The position numbers and the translations under genes were made by a program. The notes beneath the pieces are model-generated. The model saw only the letters and a list, made by a program, of their open reading frames with translations, searched no databases and was not told the origin of the DNA. This document shows positions 19,683-29,263 of a stretch of DNA of 64,000 nucleotides, piece after piece (within the stretch, counting starts at the first letter, position 1; the number at the start of each line of letters is the position of its first letter). Origin of the DNA: Polyangiaceae bacterium (GTDB taxonomy: Bacteria > Myxococcota_A > Polyangia > Polyangiales > Polyangiaceae); contig JBGANF010000019.1 of assembly GCA_044222475.1 (NCBI GenBank), forward strand, positions 1 through 64,000, written 5' to 3'.

Positions 19683-21962
19683 TCATTTGCCAAGCCAGAT
19701 GGGGTTCGTGAAGGCGCGCGGCGGCACCGGCATGAAGGGGAGGATGTCGTCCAATAGGCGCGTTCCGCGCACGATGACCACCACGAACGACGGGAGCTTC
19801 GCGACCGGGATCGGGACGTCGGCGTCGAAGCGAATCGTCTTCGCCTGTACGGCGGGCAGCGGGTCTTTCGGGGTCGTGGCTTCGTCGTCGGTGCTCGCCG
19901 TCACCGGGAGCGTCGTCACGACCGACCCGCCCACCACGACGTCGATCGACGACACGTCGATCCACGGGACGGCGCGCACCGTGACGTGCCCCGTGACCGT
20001 CGCGCCCGTGACGGTCACGGTGTCGCCCGGGCCGTGGCCGTCGATGCGAAAGTCGACGAACGGTCCACTGGTGACGAACGCGTGGCCCGCCTTGAGCGAT
20101 GCGACGACCGCGAGCGCGTCGATCGGCTTCGCGTCGGGCGCGCTCACGACGGTGCGCGGATAGCCGGCCCATTGGTACTGGATGCGGTGCGAGTCGCTCG
20201 ATCCGGTCGCCACGTACCGGTGTCCGGCTTGGAGGAGCGCGAACCAGTCGCCGAGCACGTCGTCCACGCGGGACGGCACCGCGATGTCGTATCCGTTGTA
20301 GACCTCGAGCGCGTCGAAGTCCTTGCGCATGCCCTTCGGGATCGCGCCGCCGTGCTTGTAGCCTTGCACGTTGAAGAAGCCGATGTCCTTCGGGAGGCGT
20401 GGGTGGTTCACCTGGAGGATGCGCTTCTTGTCCGGATCGCTCGCGCGCGCCGCGGCGAACAGCTTGTCGGGGTTCGTCGCGCGGTAGGGCGGCACTGCCG
20501 ACTTCAGTGGATACGGGAACAGACCGAAGTGCCCGAAGCGCGGCGAGTACGTCGTGATCTCGACACCGCTGACGAACGCGAGCTCGGGGGTGAGCCCCAA
20601 CGTGTCGAGCGACGGTCCGTAGTCACCGACGATGTTGTGCTCGGTCGGAACCGCGAAGTCGACGCCGGCGGCCACGAGCGACAGCACGCGATCCTCGGTC
20701 GACACCGGCGTGTCGAAGCTGGGTCGCGCGTGCACGTGCAAGTCGCACCCGACGAGACCGTCCGATGCGATCGCGTGGCGCGGCGCGAGGAGCACGGGAA
20801 CGCGCTCGCCCGGCTTCACGTCGACGACGACGGAGTCGACCGTCCACTCCATGCCCTTCGTCGCGAGGACCCGGTATTTCCCGGCTGGGAGCGGGGTCAC
20901 GACGTCACCGCGGAGCGCGTCGATCAGCGGGCCCGCGCCGGAGGCGCGGTAGTCGGGACCGAAGCTCGGATCGAGCGTGCCCTCGACGCCGTGAACGACG
21001 AGGCGCGCGGTGATCGGCGCGTGCGTGTCGCCGTCCTCGATGCGCACCGCGAGCTCGCCGCCGTCGGAGACGTCGAGCACGAGGTCGTAGCCGGTGCCAG
21101 GCGGGAAGTGAACCGGCGCGCTCGTGCGCGTCGTGCCTTCGCTCGCGTACCACTCGGTGACGTCGTCCGGGACGGACAGCGCGAAGTGCCCGGTCGGGTC
21201 GGTCGGGATGCGGACGCGCGGGCCGCCGTTCTCGTCGAGGCCGATGACGTGGGCCACGCCGGTTGCGCCAGTCACGCTCCCTCGTACCATTTTGGTACTT
21301 CGGTTTCGGAGCGCGTTCACCAAATCGAGGACCTCGGCGTGCTTCACCGCGAACGCGAAGACCAGCGTGTCGCCGGCCTCGGTGGCGGCGGCGAGCTCGA
21401 GGCCGCCCTTGTTGCTCACGACGACCGCGAGATCGGCGGCGGGAGCAGCAAGGGCGAAGGGACCACCCTCGCCTTCGACGAACACGGCCGGGCCGTGGTC
21501 GCTCCCGAAGTCACCGAGCTCGCCGCGACCTTCGAGGAACGCGCTCCTCTTGGCGAGGGGGAGAGACAGCCCGATGCCGGTGCCCTTCAACGTGAGGGCA
21601 TCGGTGTGCGGGTCGACCGAGAGCTCGACGTCGACGTGATGGGTCGCGTTCGCGAGCGATGCAGTCGCGACCGCGCCGCCGTCGTCGAGGTGACTGTCGG
21701 TGACGTCGAGCTCGGTGGTGCCTTCGTCGTCCTTGAAGACGAGCTCGGCGGAGACGGCGCGCGATCCGTCGTTCGCCTCGGCGAGGACGCTGCCGTCCGC
21801 GTGCACCGAGAACGTGACCGTCTTGCCGGCGAGGCGAAACGCGGCCGGCTTGGGACGCTCGACCGCATGTCCGCAGTGCGCACCGCGAAAGAGGATCAGC
21901 GCGACGGCCAGGACGAGAAGCGCTCCAGCGCCCACCTGCAGTCGATCGCGCGTCGATTCCAC
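19683..21962 (-). CDS. CehA/McbA-family (PHP-like) metallohydrolase
   Basis: DLHVH, TEHN, GHFG, NHPR, EVYNG, GSSDSH, C-terminal AFTNPIW; N-terminal TM; start uncertain (21962 or 22007). Confidence 0.8.
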   Translation of the reverse strand: MESTRDRLQVGAGALLVLAVALILFRGAHCGHAVERPKPAAFRLAGKTVTFSVHADGSVLAEANDGSRAVSAELVFKDDEGTTELDVTDSHLDDGGAVATASLANATHHVDVELSVDPHTDALTLKGTGIGLSLPLAKRSAFLEGRGELGDFGSDHGPAVFVEGEGGPFALAAPAADLAVVVSNKGGLELAAATEAGDTLVFAFAVKHAEVLDLVNALRNRSTKMVRGSVTGATGVAHVIGLDENGGPRVRIPTDPTGHFALSVPDDVTEWYASEGTTRTSAPVHFPPGTGYDLVLDVSDGGELAVRIEDGDTHAPITARLVVHGVEGTLDPSFGPDYRASGAGPLIDALRGDVVTPLPAGKYRVLATKGMEWTVDSVVVDVKPGERVPVLLAPRHAIASDGLVGCDLHVHARPSFDTPVSTEDRVLSLVAAGVDFAVPTEHNIVGDYGPSLDTLGLTPELAFVSGVEITTYSPRFGHFGLFPYPLKSAVPPYRATNPDKLFAAARASDPDKKRILQVNHPRLPKDIGFFNVQGYKHGGAIPKGMRKDFDALEVYNGYDIAVPSRVDDVLGDWFALLQAGHRYVATGSSDSHRIQYQWAGYPRTVVSAPDAKPIDALAVVASLKAGHAFVTSGPFVDFRIDGHGPGDTVTVTGATVTGHVTVRAVPWIDVSSIDVVVGGSVVTTLPVTASTDDEATTPKDPLPAVQAKTIRFDADVPIPVAKLPSFVVVIVRGTRLLDDILPFMPVPPRAFTNPIWLGK

Positions 21963-21966
21963 GGCG

Positions 21967-22440
21967 TCAGCATACGCCGACGGCGCGTGGACCTTCGAGG
22001 ATCGCATGCCGTGACGTCGCCGCTTCTCCTTTGCGGGACGAGAGACGGACGACGAGGTCGGGCGGCCCGAGCAGGCCGCCCGTCCCGTCGCCCCACTCGC
22101 ACAGGATGATGGCTCCCTCGCGGCGGCGCGCGCGAAGGCCGAGTCGGGCCACTTCGCCCTCGAACTCGATGGCGGGGTCGTCGCGGAGTCGGTGGAGATC
22201 GACGTGGAGGAGAACACCGCCCTTGGGGAGCCGGTGCTCGAGCACGAGCGCGAAGGTCGGGCTCGCGATCGGCTCGTCGGCGTCGACCCCGAGCGCGCGG
22301 GCGATGGCGCGAGCGAGGAACGTCTTGCCGGCGCCCAGATCGCCCGACAAGAGGACGAGATCGCCGGTCTCGAGCTTGGCTGCGATGCGTTTGCCGAGCT
22401 GAGTCGTGGCGCGACGGGTGGGGAGGGTGAGCTCTCCCAT
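21967..22440 (-). CDS. tsaE: tRNA threonylcarbamoyladenosine biosynthesis ATPase TsaE
   Basis: LSGDLGAGKTF, SPTFAL, HVDLHRL, CEWG; embedded at the 3' end of ORF 21967-23004. Confidence 0.88.
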   Translation of the reverse strand: MGELTLPTRRATTQLGKRIAAKLETGDLVLLSGDLGAGKTFLARAIARALGVDADEPIASPTFALVLEHRLPKGGVLLHVDLHRLRDDPAIEFEGEVARLGLRARRREGAIILCEWGDGTGGLLGPPDLVVRLSSRKGEAATSRHAILEGPRAVGVC

Positions 22441-23480
22441 CAGAAACGAAACAGGCCGCGGAGGAGCCCGCCGCCGAGCACCAGCGGCCCGTCGCCGCCG
22501 AACGCGCTCATCAGATCGAAGGCAGCCTCGATCTGGACGCGCTCGCCGAGGCCGAGGGCCACGAAGACGTCGGTGCGGAGGAGGAAGCGCGGCGACTTGT
22601 CGCCGCCGATCGGGAAGAGCGCGCCGATCGTGACCTCCGGCCCGAAGAACAGGCGCGCGGTCGGAACGAGCGGGATCGCGTAGCGCGCGCCGACGTCGAC
22701 GGAGATCGACGACGGACCGTAGAAGTTCCCGCCGAAGTTTCCCCGCAGCGCCAGACCGGGCACGCGCTCGAACGCGTACTCGCCGGTGAGAAATCCAAAG
22801 ACCGCTAGCGTCGAGAGACCGGCGCCGCCCTCGGGTCGAACGAACGCGCCGTTCATGCCGAGGCCGGCGCCGACGGCGATCGGAAACTTCTCCGCGTAGT
22901 CGTGCTTCACCGCCGGCGGCTTCGGCGGCGCGGGCGGGGGCGGCGGCACCTTCGGCGGCGGCGGCTTGTCGGGAACGATCGGCGGGAGCGTCTGGTTCGC
23001 CCACGGGACCTCGGCGTTGCCGATGCCCTCGGGCCGAAGGAGCAACGCGAGCATCTCTCCGATCTGGGTGCTGCCCACGCGCGGATCGACGTCACGAGTC
23101 AGCGACTCGACGCGACCGGTTTCGACCTGGCAGACCTCGATTTCGGTGTGCCAGTACCCGTTGCGGAGCGCGACGTGGCCGACGACCGTCCACTGCGACG
23201 TCGCGGCCTTGCCGGCGATGCGGTACTCGGCGCTCGTGTCGGCGACGCCGTCTTGGACCGCGGTGACCGCAGTCGCGAGCTCGGAGTCCGACGCGAGGGT
23301 GTGCGCGCGCTGCATCACGGCGCCCTTGGTCGCGGTGCGGACCTCTTCGACCTGGTCGCGATTGACGAAGTCGGCCGACGGGATGAACGGCAGGACGGCG
23401 ACCTTGTCGGCGAGCGCCGAAGCCGACCAGAGCGTGACCACGAGCGCGGGAAGGACGGAGAGACGTTTCAGACGGAACAC
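22440..23480 (-). CDS. Exported hypothetical protein (periplasmic domain, Pro linker, beta-barrel-like C-terminus)
   Basis: Signal peptide ending ALA-DK, poly-Pro linker, C-terminal GLFRF; TGATG-coupled to tsaE. Confidence 0.65.
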   Translation of the reverse strand: MFRLKRLSVLPALVVTLWSASALADKVAVLPFIPSADFVNRDQVEEVRTATKGAVMQRAHTLASDSELATAVTAVQDGVADTSAEYRIAGKAATSQWTVVGHVALRNGYWHTEIEVCQVETGRVESLTRDVDPRVGSTQIGEMLALLLRPEGIGNAEVPWANQTLPPIVPDKPPPPKVPPPPPAPPKPPAVKHDYAEKFPIAVGAGLGMNGAFVRPEGGAGLSTLAVFGFLTGEYAFERVPGLALRGNFGGNFYGPSSISVDVGARYAIPLVPTARLFFGPEVTIGALFPIGGDKSPRFLLRTDVFVALGLGERVQIEAAFDLMSAFGGDGPLVLGGGLLRGLFRF

Positions 23481-23577
23481 CTGCTGCAAACTTCTACGCA
23501 AGTTGGGGGCCAGGCGCAAAGGAACCGCATTTCCGGGGTATTTCGGCCGCGATCGTGAGCGGCGGTTCACGCCGCGG

Positions 23578-23952
23578 ATGGTCCATGACGTTGACGCTAT
23601 ACTCAGCGGTCTGAAGCTGGTCGGCAAGGTTCCCCGCGCGCAGGTCGAAAAGGAGGGGTTCGTCCGCGTGACGTACCCACCATTCGACGTGCTCGTGGCA
23701 ATGGTCGACGGGGCGCCGTGCGCGCTCGAGGACGCGTGCAACCATTCCGGGGCGAGCCTCTGCGAGGGCATCCGGACCGACGAAGGCGACGGCGTCATCT
23801 GCCCGCTCCACGGCTACGTGTTCGCGCTGCGAACCGGAGCGCTCGTGGCGCCGAAGGGGCTCTGCGACGACCAACGAAGGTTTCTCGCGACGATCGAGGG
23901 AGACGAGATCGTGATCTGGGATCCGATGGACGTGAAGCTCGTCGGGGCCTGA
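23578..23952 (+). CDS. Rieske [2Fe-2S] ferredoxin
   Basis: CNH and CPLHG ligands, FALRTG. Confidence 0.85.
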   Translation: MVHDVDAILSGLKLVGKVPRAQVEKEGFVRVTYPPFDVLVAMVDGAPCALEDACNHSGASLCEGIRTDEGDGVICPLHGYVFALRTGALVAPKGLCDDQRRFLATIEGDEIVIWDPMDVKLVGA

Positions 23953-23959
23953 AGGTGAT

Positions 23960-24613
23960 TCAGTGCAACGTTCGCTTCTCTCGATCCCGGAACGCGGTCT
24001 CTTGCAACGCCAGCTCTCGGGTCACGAATCGGATGCGCTTCGCTTCGTCGAGCTCCTCGAGCGCTCGCTGACGCGAGTCGGCGTCGACGACGAGGTGCGC
24101 GGCGCACGCATCGGCGAGGGCGGCCGCGTCGGCGCCGTCGGGGAGCGCGAAGTGGAACTCCTCGTCGCGCTTTCGGATCTCGCGCACGAAGCTCGTGGCC
24201 GCGGCGACCAACGACGCGCGCTCCACGTCGCTCACCGGTGACGGCACCGGCGGGAGAATCGTGCACCGCGCGCGGCGAAACGGCGCGACGAACGGCAGCT
24301 CGACCAGGCGAACGCGCGCGCGCCCGGCCAGCACCAGGTTCGAGCGACCGTCTCGGAGTTGCTCGTGCTCGATGACGACCCCCGCCCCGGCGATCGACTC
24401 CACCTCCGGGGCGCCGTCGGCGTTCATCGCGCCGTCGGGCCTCGTGCGCACGACGACCATCGCACGATGCGTTTCGAGGCAGTGCGCGAGCATCGCGCGG
24501 TAGCGCGGCTCGAAGACGTGCAGCGGCAGGAGCGTGTCCGGGAAGAAGACCACCCGCGGGAGCGGGAAGATCGGCATCTCGTCGAGGGCGGCGTCGAGTG
24601 AAGGCTCGGTCAT
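23960..24613 (-). CDS. LON peptidase substrate-binding-domain protein
   Basis: PIFPLP.VVFFP...LHVFEPRYRAML. Confidence 0.85.
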   Translation of the reverse strand: MTEPSLDAALDEMPIFPLPRVVFFPDTLLPLHVFEPRYRAMLAHCLETHRAMVVVRTRPDGAMNADGAPEVESIAGAGVVIEHEQLRDGRSNLVLAGRARVRLVELPFVAPFRRARCTILPPVPSPVSDVERASLVAAATSFVREIRKRDEEFHFALPDGADAAALADACAAHLVVDADSRQRALEELDEAKRIRFVTRELALQETAFRDREKRTLH

Positions 24614-25290
24614 GGCCCGAACATCTCGATCGCGCTTCCGTTCATCGCCGCCGGTGCGTCGAGCGCGGCGTAGGCGACGAGCGACGCCACGTCGTCCGGG
24701 GACATCTGCGGCTCCCAGCCGCTCCCTTCGAGCATCTTCGTCTGCACCGAGCCAGGTAGGATGCACATCGCGGAGAGCCCGCTTCCGCGAAGCTCCTCCG
24801 CGAGCGATTTGACGAAGCCGACGACCCCCCACTTCGAAGCGCAGTACGCGCTTTGGCCGGCGGTTCCGAGCGTGGAGGAGATGCTCCCGATCGCGACGAA
24901 TCGACCACGGTTCGCGCTGCGCATCGACGGAAGGAACGCGCGCGCCGTGAGGAACGTCCCTTTGAGGTTCACGTCGAGGACGGCGTCCCAGTCCGATTCA
25001 CTCATTTCGTGCACGGTCGCTCGACGGACGATGCCGGCGTTGGCCACCACCACGGTGGGGGCTCCGAACGCGCGCAAGGTCTCTTGGACGGCGCCTTCGA
25101 GCTCGGCCGCGGAGGTCACGTCGCAGTGAAGCGCGATCGCGCGACGGGACTCGTCGCGGACGCGCGCGGCGGCTTCGTCGAGCTCTTCGCGCGAGCGACC
25201 GAGCAGCACGACGTCGAGCCCGCGTTTGGCCAGCGCGATGGCCGACGCGCGACCGATGCCGCGCCCGGCACCGGTGACGACCGCGATCAT
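24610..25290 (-). CDS. SDR family oxidoreductase
   Basis: TGAGRGIG, NAG, YCASK, PG. Confidence 0.9.
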   Translation of the reverse strand: MIAVVTGAGRGIGRASAIALAKRGLDVVLLGRSREELDEAAARVRDESRRAIALHCDVTSAAELEGAVQETLRAFGAPTVVVANAGIVRRATVHEMSESDWDAVLDVNLKGTFLTARAFLPSMRSANRGRFVAIGSISSTLGTAGQSAYCASKWGVVGFVKSLAEELRGSGLSAMCILPGSVQTKMLEGSGWEPQMSPDDVASLVAYAALDAPAAMNGSAIEMFGP

Positions 25291-25838
25291 CCGCGCCCTC
25301 CGCCCAGCGCCGCGAGCGCGGACGCACGATCGCCGCGAAAGGCGAGCGTCTCGAGGCTTGCTCCGTGGCGCCGTTGCCCGCGCGCGGTCATGCATCCGTG
25401 CGTCATGACGATCCGACACGCGCACCACTGCGGCTCGACGTGCGCCTCGAGTGCGCCCACGACCGACTCGCCGATCGACTCTTGAAGGATCAGGCGGTTC
25501 GCGAACGCATCGATCAATCGAGCGAGCGCGCCGACGCCGACGATCTTGCCCTTGGGCTCGTACGCGAGCGTCGCCGTTCCGGTCGAGAGCATGAGGTGAT
25601 GGGGGCACGTCGTCGAGATCGGCACGTCACGCAGGATCACCGGGCCCGAGCCAGGCGCGGCGAGGGTGTTCTCGCGAAGGAGCGCGGCGACGTCGACGTC
25701 GTAGCCGCGGCAGAGATCCTGGATGAACGCCTCGGTGACGCGCTCGCCGGTTCCGCGCAGCTCGGGATCTTCGTCCGGGTTTCTCCCGATCGCGCGGAGA
25801 AACGACTCGATCGCGAGCGCAGCAGCCTTCGGGTCCAT
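25287..25838 (-). CDS. folE: GTP cyclohydrolase I
   Basis: CPHHL, GKIVG, RLILQE, HGCMTARG. Confidence 0.85.
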   Translation of the reverse strand: MDPKAAALAIESFLRAIGRNPDEDPELRGTGERVTEAFIQDLCRGYDVDVAALLRENTLAAPGSGPVILRDVPISTTCPHHLMLSTGTATLAYEPKGKIVGVGALARLIDAFANRLILQESIGESVVGALEAHVEPQWCACRIVMTHGCMTARGQRRHGASLETLAFRGDRASALAALGGGRG

Positions 25839-26302
25839 CAGTTGAGCGCGTTCTTCCGCGCGCGATCACCGATCGGCCTGCGCGAGGCGAAGCCCTCGTC
25901 GAGCTGATGGTAGTGGCTCACTTCGTTCTCGCCGTAGCACCAGCACAGCCAGACGAGCTTCGCCTCGAGCTGGCCGTAGAAATCGACGAGCCCGCGAGCA
26001 GGATCCTTGAGGACGCCACCCATCTCGTCGAGTCGACGCCAGCTGCGCTGATACACGTCGATGCGAGCGAGGATGTCACGCTTCTGCTTGCGGACGGCGT
26101 CGGTGTCGCCGGAGCGCAGCGTGAGGTCACCGCGGGTCTGTTGGGTCGCGTGAGCGAGCTCGGTCAGGGCGACTTCGATGGCCTCGCGGCGCTGAAGCTG
26201 AGCGGCGACGAGCTTGGTCAGCTCAGGGACGAGCGCGTTCACCGCCTCGAGCGTGAGCACGGTCGGGCCTTTCGGTCCGGTTTGGCCGAGCGTGTCGTCC
26301 AT
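25838..26302 (-). CDS. DUF2203-like protein
   Basis: LKD...GLVDF...VWLCW.YGE..VSHYH..DEGFASRRPI; TGC-TATGAT box 6 nt before the ATG. Confidence 0.8.
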   Translation of the reverse strand: MDDTLGQTGPKGPTVLTLEAVNALVPELTKLVAAQLQRREAIEVALTELAHATQQTRGDLTLRSGDTDAVRKQKRDILARIDVYQRSWRRLDEMGGVLKDPARGLVDFYGQLEAKLVWLCWCYGENEVSHYHQLDEGFASRRPIGDRARKNALN

Positions 26303-26335
26303 CGCGCCATCATAGCAGAGCTTTTTTCGCGTCAA

Positions 26336-27523
26336 TCACTCGCGCATCGCCTGCATCGGGTCGACGATCGCCGCCCGCCACGACGGGACGATCGACAGAC
26401 CGACGTACGGCACCACGACGGCCGACGCGATGGCGACGAGCTGCGTGACGTCCACCTCGGGGACGAACGGCGTCTCGGGATAGAGAACGCTCCACCCCAC
26501 GAGGGCCGCGCGGAGGCCGGGCGCACCGAAGACGAAGACCCACGCATACGCGAGCGCGAGTCCCACCGCGGTTGCGACCGCGGCGACGATGGTGGCTTCG
26601 TAGAGCTTCACGAGCAACACGTCGCGCGTTCCGAAACCCACCGCCTTGAGGATCGCCACCTCGCGCCGCTCGGCCGGGCCGAGCCCGCTCGCTCGATCCC
26701 ACGCGAGGAGGAGGAGCGCGACGAGCGCCGGGATCGACGCCGCGAACAGCAGCCCCGCGCGGCGTCCGTAGCCCGCCTCGTACACCCGGAGGAGCGACCG
26801 GCCCTCGATGACGCGCGCGTTCGGCACGCGCCCGAGCGCGCTCGCTGCGACGACGTGCTCTTCTTCGTCGTTGGCGAGATCGAGCGCGATGTCCGTCGCT
26901 TCGTTCTTCGCGAGACCGAGGATCGCGCGCGCGTCGTCGTCGTCGCAGACGAGCACGTCCGCGGTCCAGATCTCGACCGCGCCGGTGAACGTACCCGCGA
27001 CCCGAAGCGGTGGGCTCGGCGAAGCGGTCGGCAACTGCATCTCGTCGCCGACGCCCAGGCCGAGCATGTCCGCGAGGCGCTTCCCGACGACCATCTCGTG
27101 CGCGCCGCGCTTCGCGTCGCGTCCGCTCGAGAGCGTCCCGCGAACGTCGTCGAGCGGCGGTGCGTCCGCAGCCGTCCCGACGACCGTGACGTTGCCCTGC
27201 AGCGCGGGGAGAAACAGGTAACCCCAGACGCGCGGGCGCGCGCGCCGTACCGATGGAATGTCGCGAAGCTTCTCGGCCTCGGACGTGTCGATCACGGTCG
27301 GCCGACCACCCACGAGACGCTGGACGACCACATTGGGCACCGCGGCGCTCGCGCGGCGTGCCTCCGCGCGAAGCGCATCGGTGACGAAGAGGATCGCGGC
27401 GACGAGGACGACGGTGAGCGCGAGACCGGCGCCGAGAGCCAGCGCGCGACCGAGGCGGCGACGGAGACCGCGAACGGCGAACGCGAAGAGACCTTGCGTC
27501 ATCGTCGGCGGCGTCGCGCTCAT
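26336..27523 (-). CDS. ABC transporter permease, FtsX/MacB-like
   Basis: TM-periplasmic-TM layout; ERREVAILKAVG; C-terminal PSWRAAIVDPMQAMRE. Confidence 0.85.
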   Translation of the reverse strand: MSATPPTMTQGLFAFAVRGLRRRLGRALALGAGLALTVVLVAAILFVTDALRAEARRASAAVPNVVVQRLVGGRPTVIDTSEAEKLRDIPSVRRARPRVWGYLFLPALQGNVTVVGTAADAPPLDDVRGTLSSGRDAKRGAHEMVVGKRLADMLGLGVGDEMQLPTASPSPPLRVAGTFTGAVEIWTADVLVCDDDDARAILGLAKNEATDIALDLANDEEEHVVAASALGRVPNARVIEGRSLLRVYEAGYGRRAGLLFAASIPALVALLLLAWDRASGLGPAERREVAILKAVGFGTRDVLLVKLYEATIVAAVATAVGLALAYAWVFVFGAPGLRAALVGWSVLYPETPFVPEVDVTQLVAIASAVVVPYVGLSIVPSWRAAIVDPMQAMRE

Positions 27524-27819
27524 CGACGTGCGTCCCCCGGCAGTGACGGCGGCGCGAAGGCGGCACCGGCGGGATCCGGATCGGGAGCGGCGACTCCATC
27601 GACGAACGGCGCGCCGGGCTCTTCGAGCCCGGGCTGGCGAAGCCAGCGTGCTCCGCCCGACAGCGCGAGACCCGCGCCAGGGAGACGCGCGGTGACGGCG
27701 CGGATCGCCGGCTGCTCGCTCGACCGCCGGGCTCGCGCCGAGCGCGCGTGGAGCGAGAGCGCCAGACACGTGAGCGGAAGGACCGCGAGCAACACGAAGC
27801 CGAGGACGCGCGGGCTCAT
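27520..27819 (-). CDS. Small membrane-anchored hypothetical protein
   Basis: ATGA overlaps on both sides; N-terminal TM. Confidence 0.55.
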   Translation of the reverse strand: MSPRVLGFVLLAVLPLTCLALSLHARSARARRSSEQPAIRAVTARLPGAGLALSGGARWLRQPGLEEPGAPFVDGVAAPDPDPAGAAFAPPSLPGDARR

Positions 27820-28676
27820 GCGGGGAGGATCGCCACCAAGAGCTTGGTGAGGAGGAAGTCGGCGATGAGGATCGAGATCGAGACCGCGACGACGGTCTTG
27901 GTGGTGCTCTGGCCCACGCCTTCGGTGCCGCCGGTCGTCTTGAGGCCGAAGTGGCAGCCGATGATCGCGATGATGAACCCGAAGACGGGCGTCTTGCCCA
28001 TGCCGGACCACAGATCGCTCATCCGCACGTTGTCGAGCGACGTGCGCAGAAAGAACGTCGGCGAGATGCCGTACTCCGCGGCGCACACGAACATCGCCCC
28101 GAGGCTCCCGAGGAACAGCGCGATGAGGCTGAGGATCGGCATCACGATGATCGCGGCTCCGACCCTCGGGAGAACGAGCTTCTTCGCCGGGTCCGCGCCG
28201 AGCGCGCGGATCGCGTCCACCTGCTCGGTGACGTTCATCGCCCCGACCTCGGCCGCCATGCCGCTGCCGACGCGGCCGCCGACGATGATCGCGGTGAGCG
28301 TGGGCGCGAGCTCGCGCAGGAACGAGAGCACGATCACGCGGGGGATGTACTCGAGCCCGCCGAAGCGTTGGAGGCCGAAGGCGAACTGAATCGTCATGAC
28401 CATCCCGATGAAGACGCTCGTCACCGCGACGATCCCGGTCGACTGCACGCCGAGCGCCTCCATTTGGTAGACGAGTGATCGCGTCTCCAGCGGACGCCGA
28501 AGCACGGAGCGGAACGTCTGCCCGGTGAGCACCGCGATCGCGCCGAAGTGCTCGACGAGCACGGTCAGGCGATGCAGGAAGCCCGGCTCCTCTCTCGGGC
28601 GAACCGGAGGAAGGAGCGACACGCTGCTCCTCGGCGGCGCCTCACTCTCGCGATCGCCCTGCGGGGTCGTCGTCAT
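27816..28676 (-). CDS. mlaE: MlaE-family lipid ABC transporter permease
   Basis: RELAPTLTAIIVGGRVGSGMAAEVGAM.VTEQVDAI..LG.DP, GGTEGVGQSTT. Confidence 0.9.
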   Translation of the reverse strand: MTTTPQGDRESEAPPRSSVSLLPPVRPREEPGFLHRLTVLVEHFGAIAVLTGQTFRSVLRRPLETRSLVYQMEALGVQSTGIVAVTSVFIGMVMTIQFAFGLQRFGGLEYIPRVIVLSFLRELAPTLTAIIVGGRVGSGMAAEVGAMNVTEQVDAIRALGADPAKKLVLPRVGAAIIVMPILSLIALFLGSLGAMFVCAAEYGISPTFFLRTSLDNVRMSDLWSGMGKTPVFGFIIAIIGCHFGLKTTGGTEGVGQSTTKTVVAVSISILIADFLLTKLLVAILPA

Positions 28677-29203
28677 GAGCCGTCTCCGAGGGCCATCGTG
28701 CGAAAGCCCTGGACGAAGCGGGCGAACGCCGGCGCGCCGGCGTCGTAGTGCTGTGGCGCCGAGATGTACGCGAGGTCGTAGACGCACCCGTCCTTCTTCA
28801 GGACCCAGAGGTCGAACGTCTGGAGCACCCCGTCGAGCTTCGCGGCGAGCACGGTGTGGCGTGCCTCGCGCCCGTCGAACGGGAGCGTCTCTTCGAGCTT
28901 CACGTCGCGCTCGGTCGTGCCGATGACCAGGTGATTCGTGAGCGCGACCAGCGGAGCATCGTCCCCCGGGACGTTGCAGCGACCGTGCACCAGGATCGAA
29001 GCGAGGTGCGTGTCGTCTCGGAACGCCAGCGCGGTGTTGGGCATCTCGAGCTTGCGCCAGCCCTCGCCGAGCGGGCCGGCGTGGAAGGCGATCTTCCCGT
29101 CGCGGTAGACCGAGCCATCGAAGGTGGGCCCGCCGCCGCACGCGACGAGCGCGGCGAGCGCGACGAGCGCGGCGAGCAACGCCCGAGACGGTGAGGCTCG
29201 CAT
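28673..29203 (-). CDS. Lipoprotein of unknown function
   Basis: MRASPSRALLAALVALAALVAC lipobox; KDGCVYD; coupled to mlaE. Confidence 0.7.
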   Translation of the reverse strand: MRASPSRALLAALVALAALVACGGGPTFDGSVYRDGKIAFHAGPLGEGWRKLEMPNTALAFRDDTHLASILVHGRCNVPGDDAPLVALTNHLVIGTTERDVKLEETLPFDGREARHTVLAAKLDGVLQTFDLWVLKKDGCVYDLAYISAPQHYDAGAPAFARFVQGFRTMALGDGS

Positions 29204-29263
29204 GCCCCGCTTGATAGCACGGCGGTGGCGCGCGCGGCACGGCCGGCGTAGCCTCGTCCGGTC

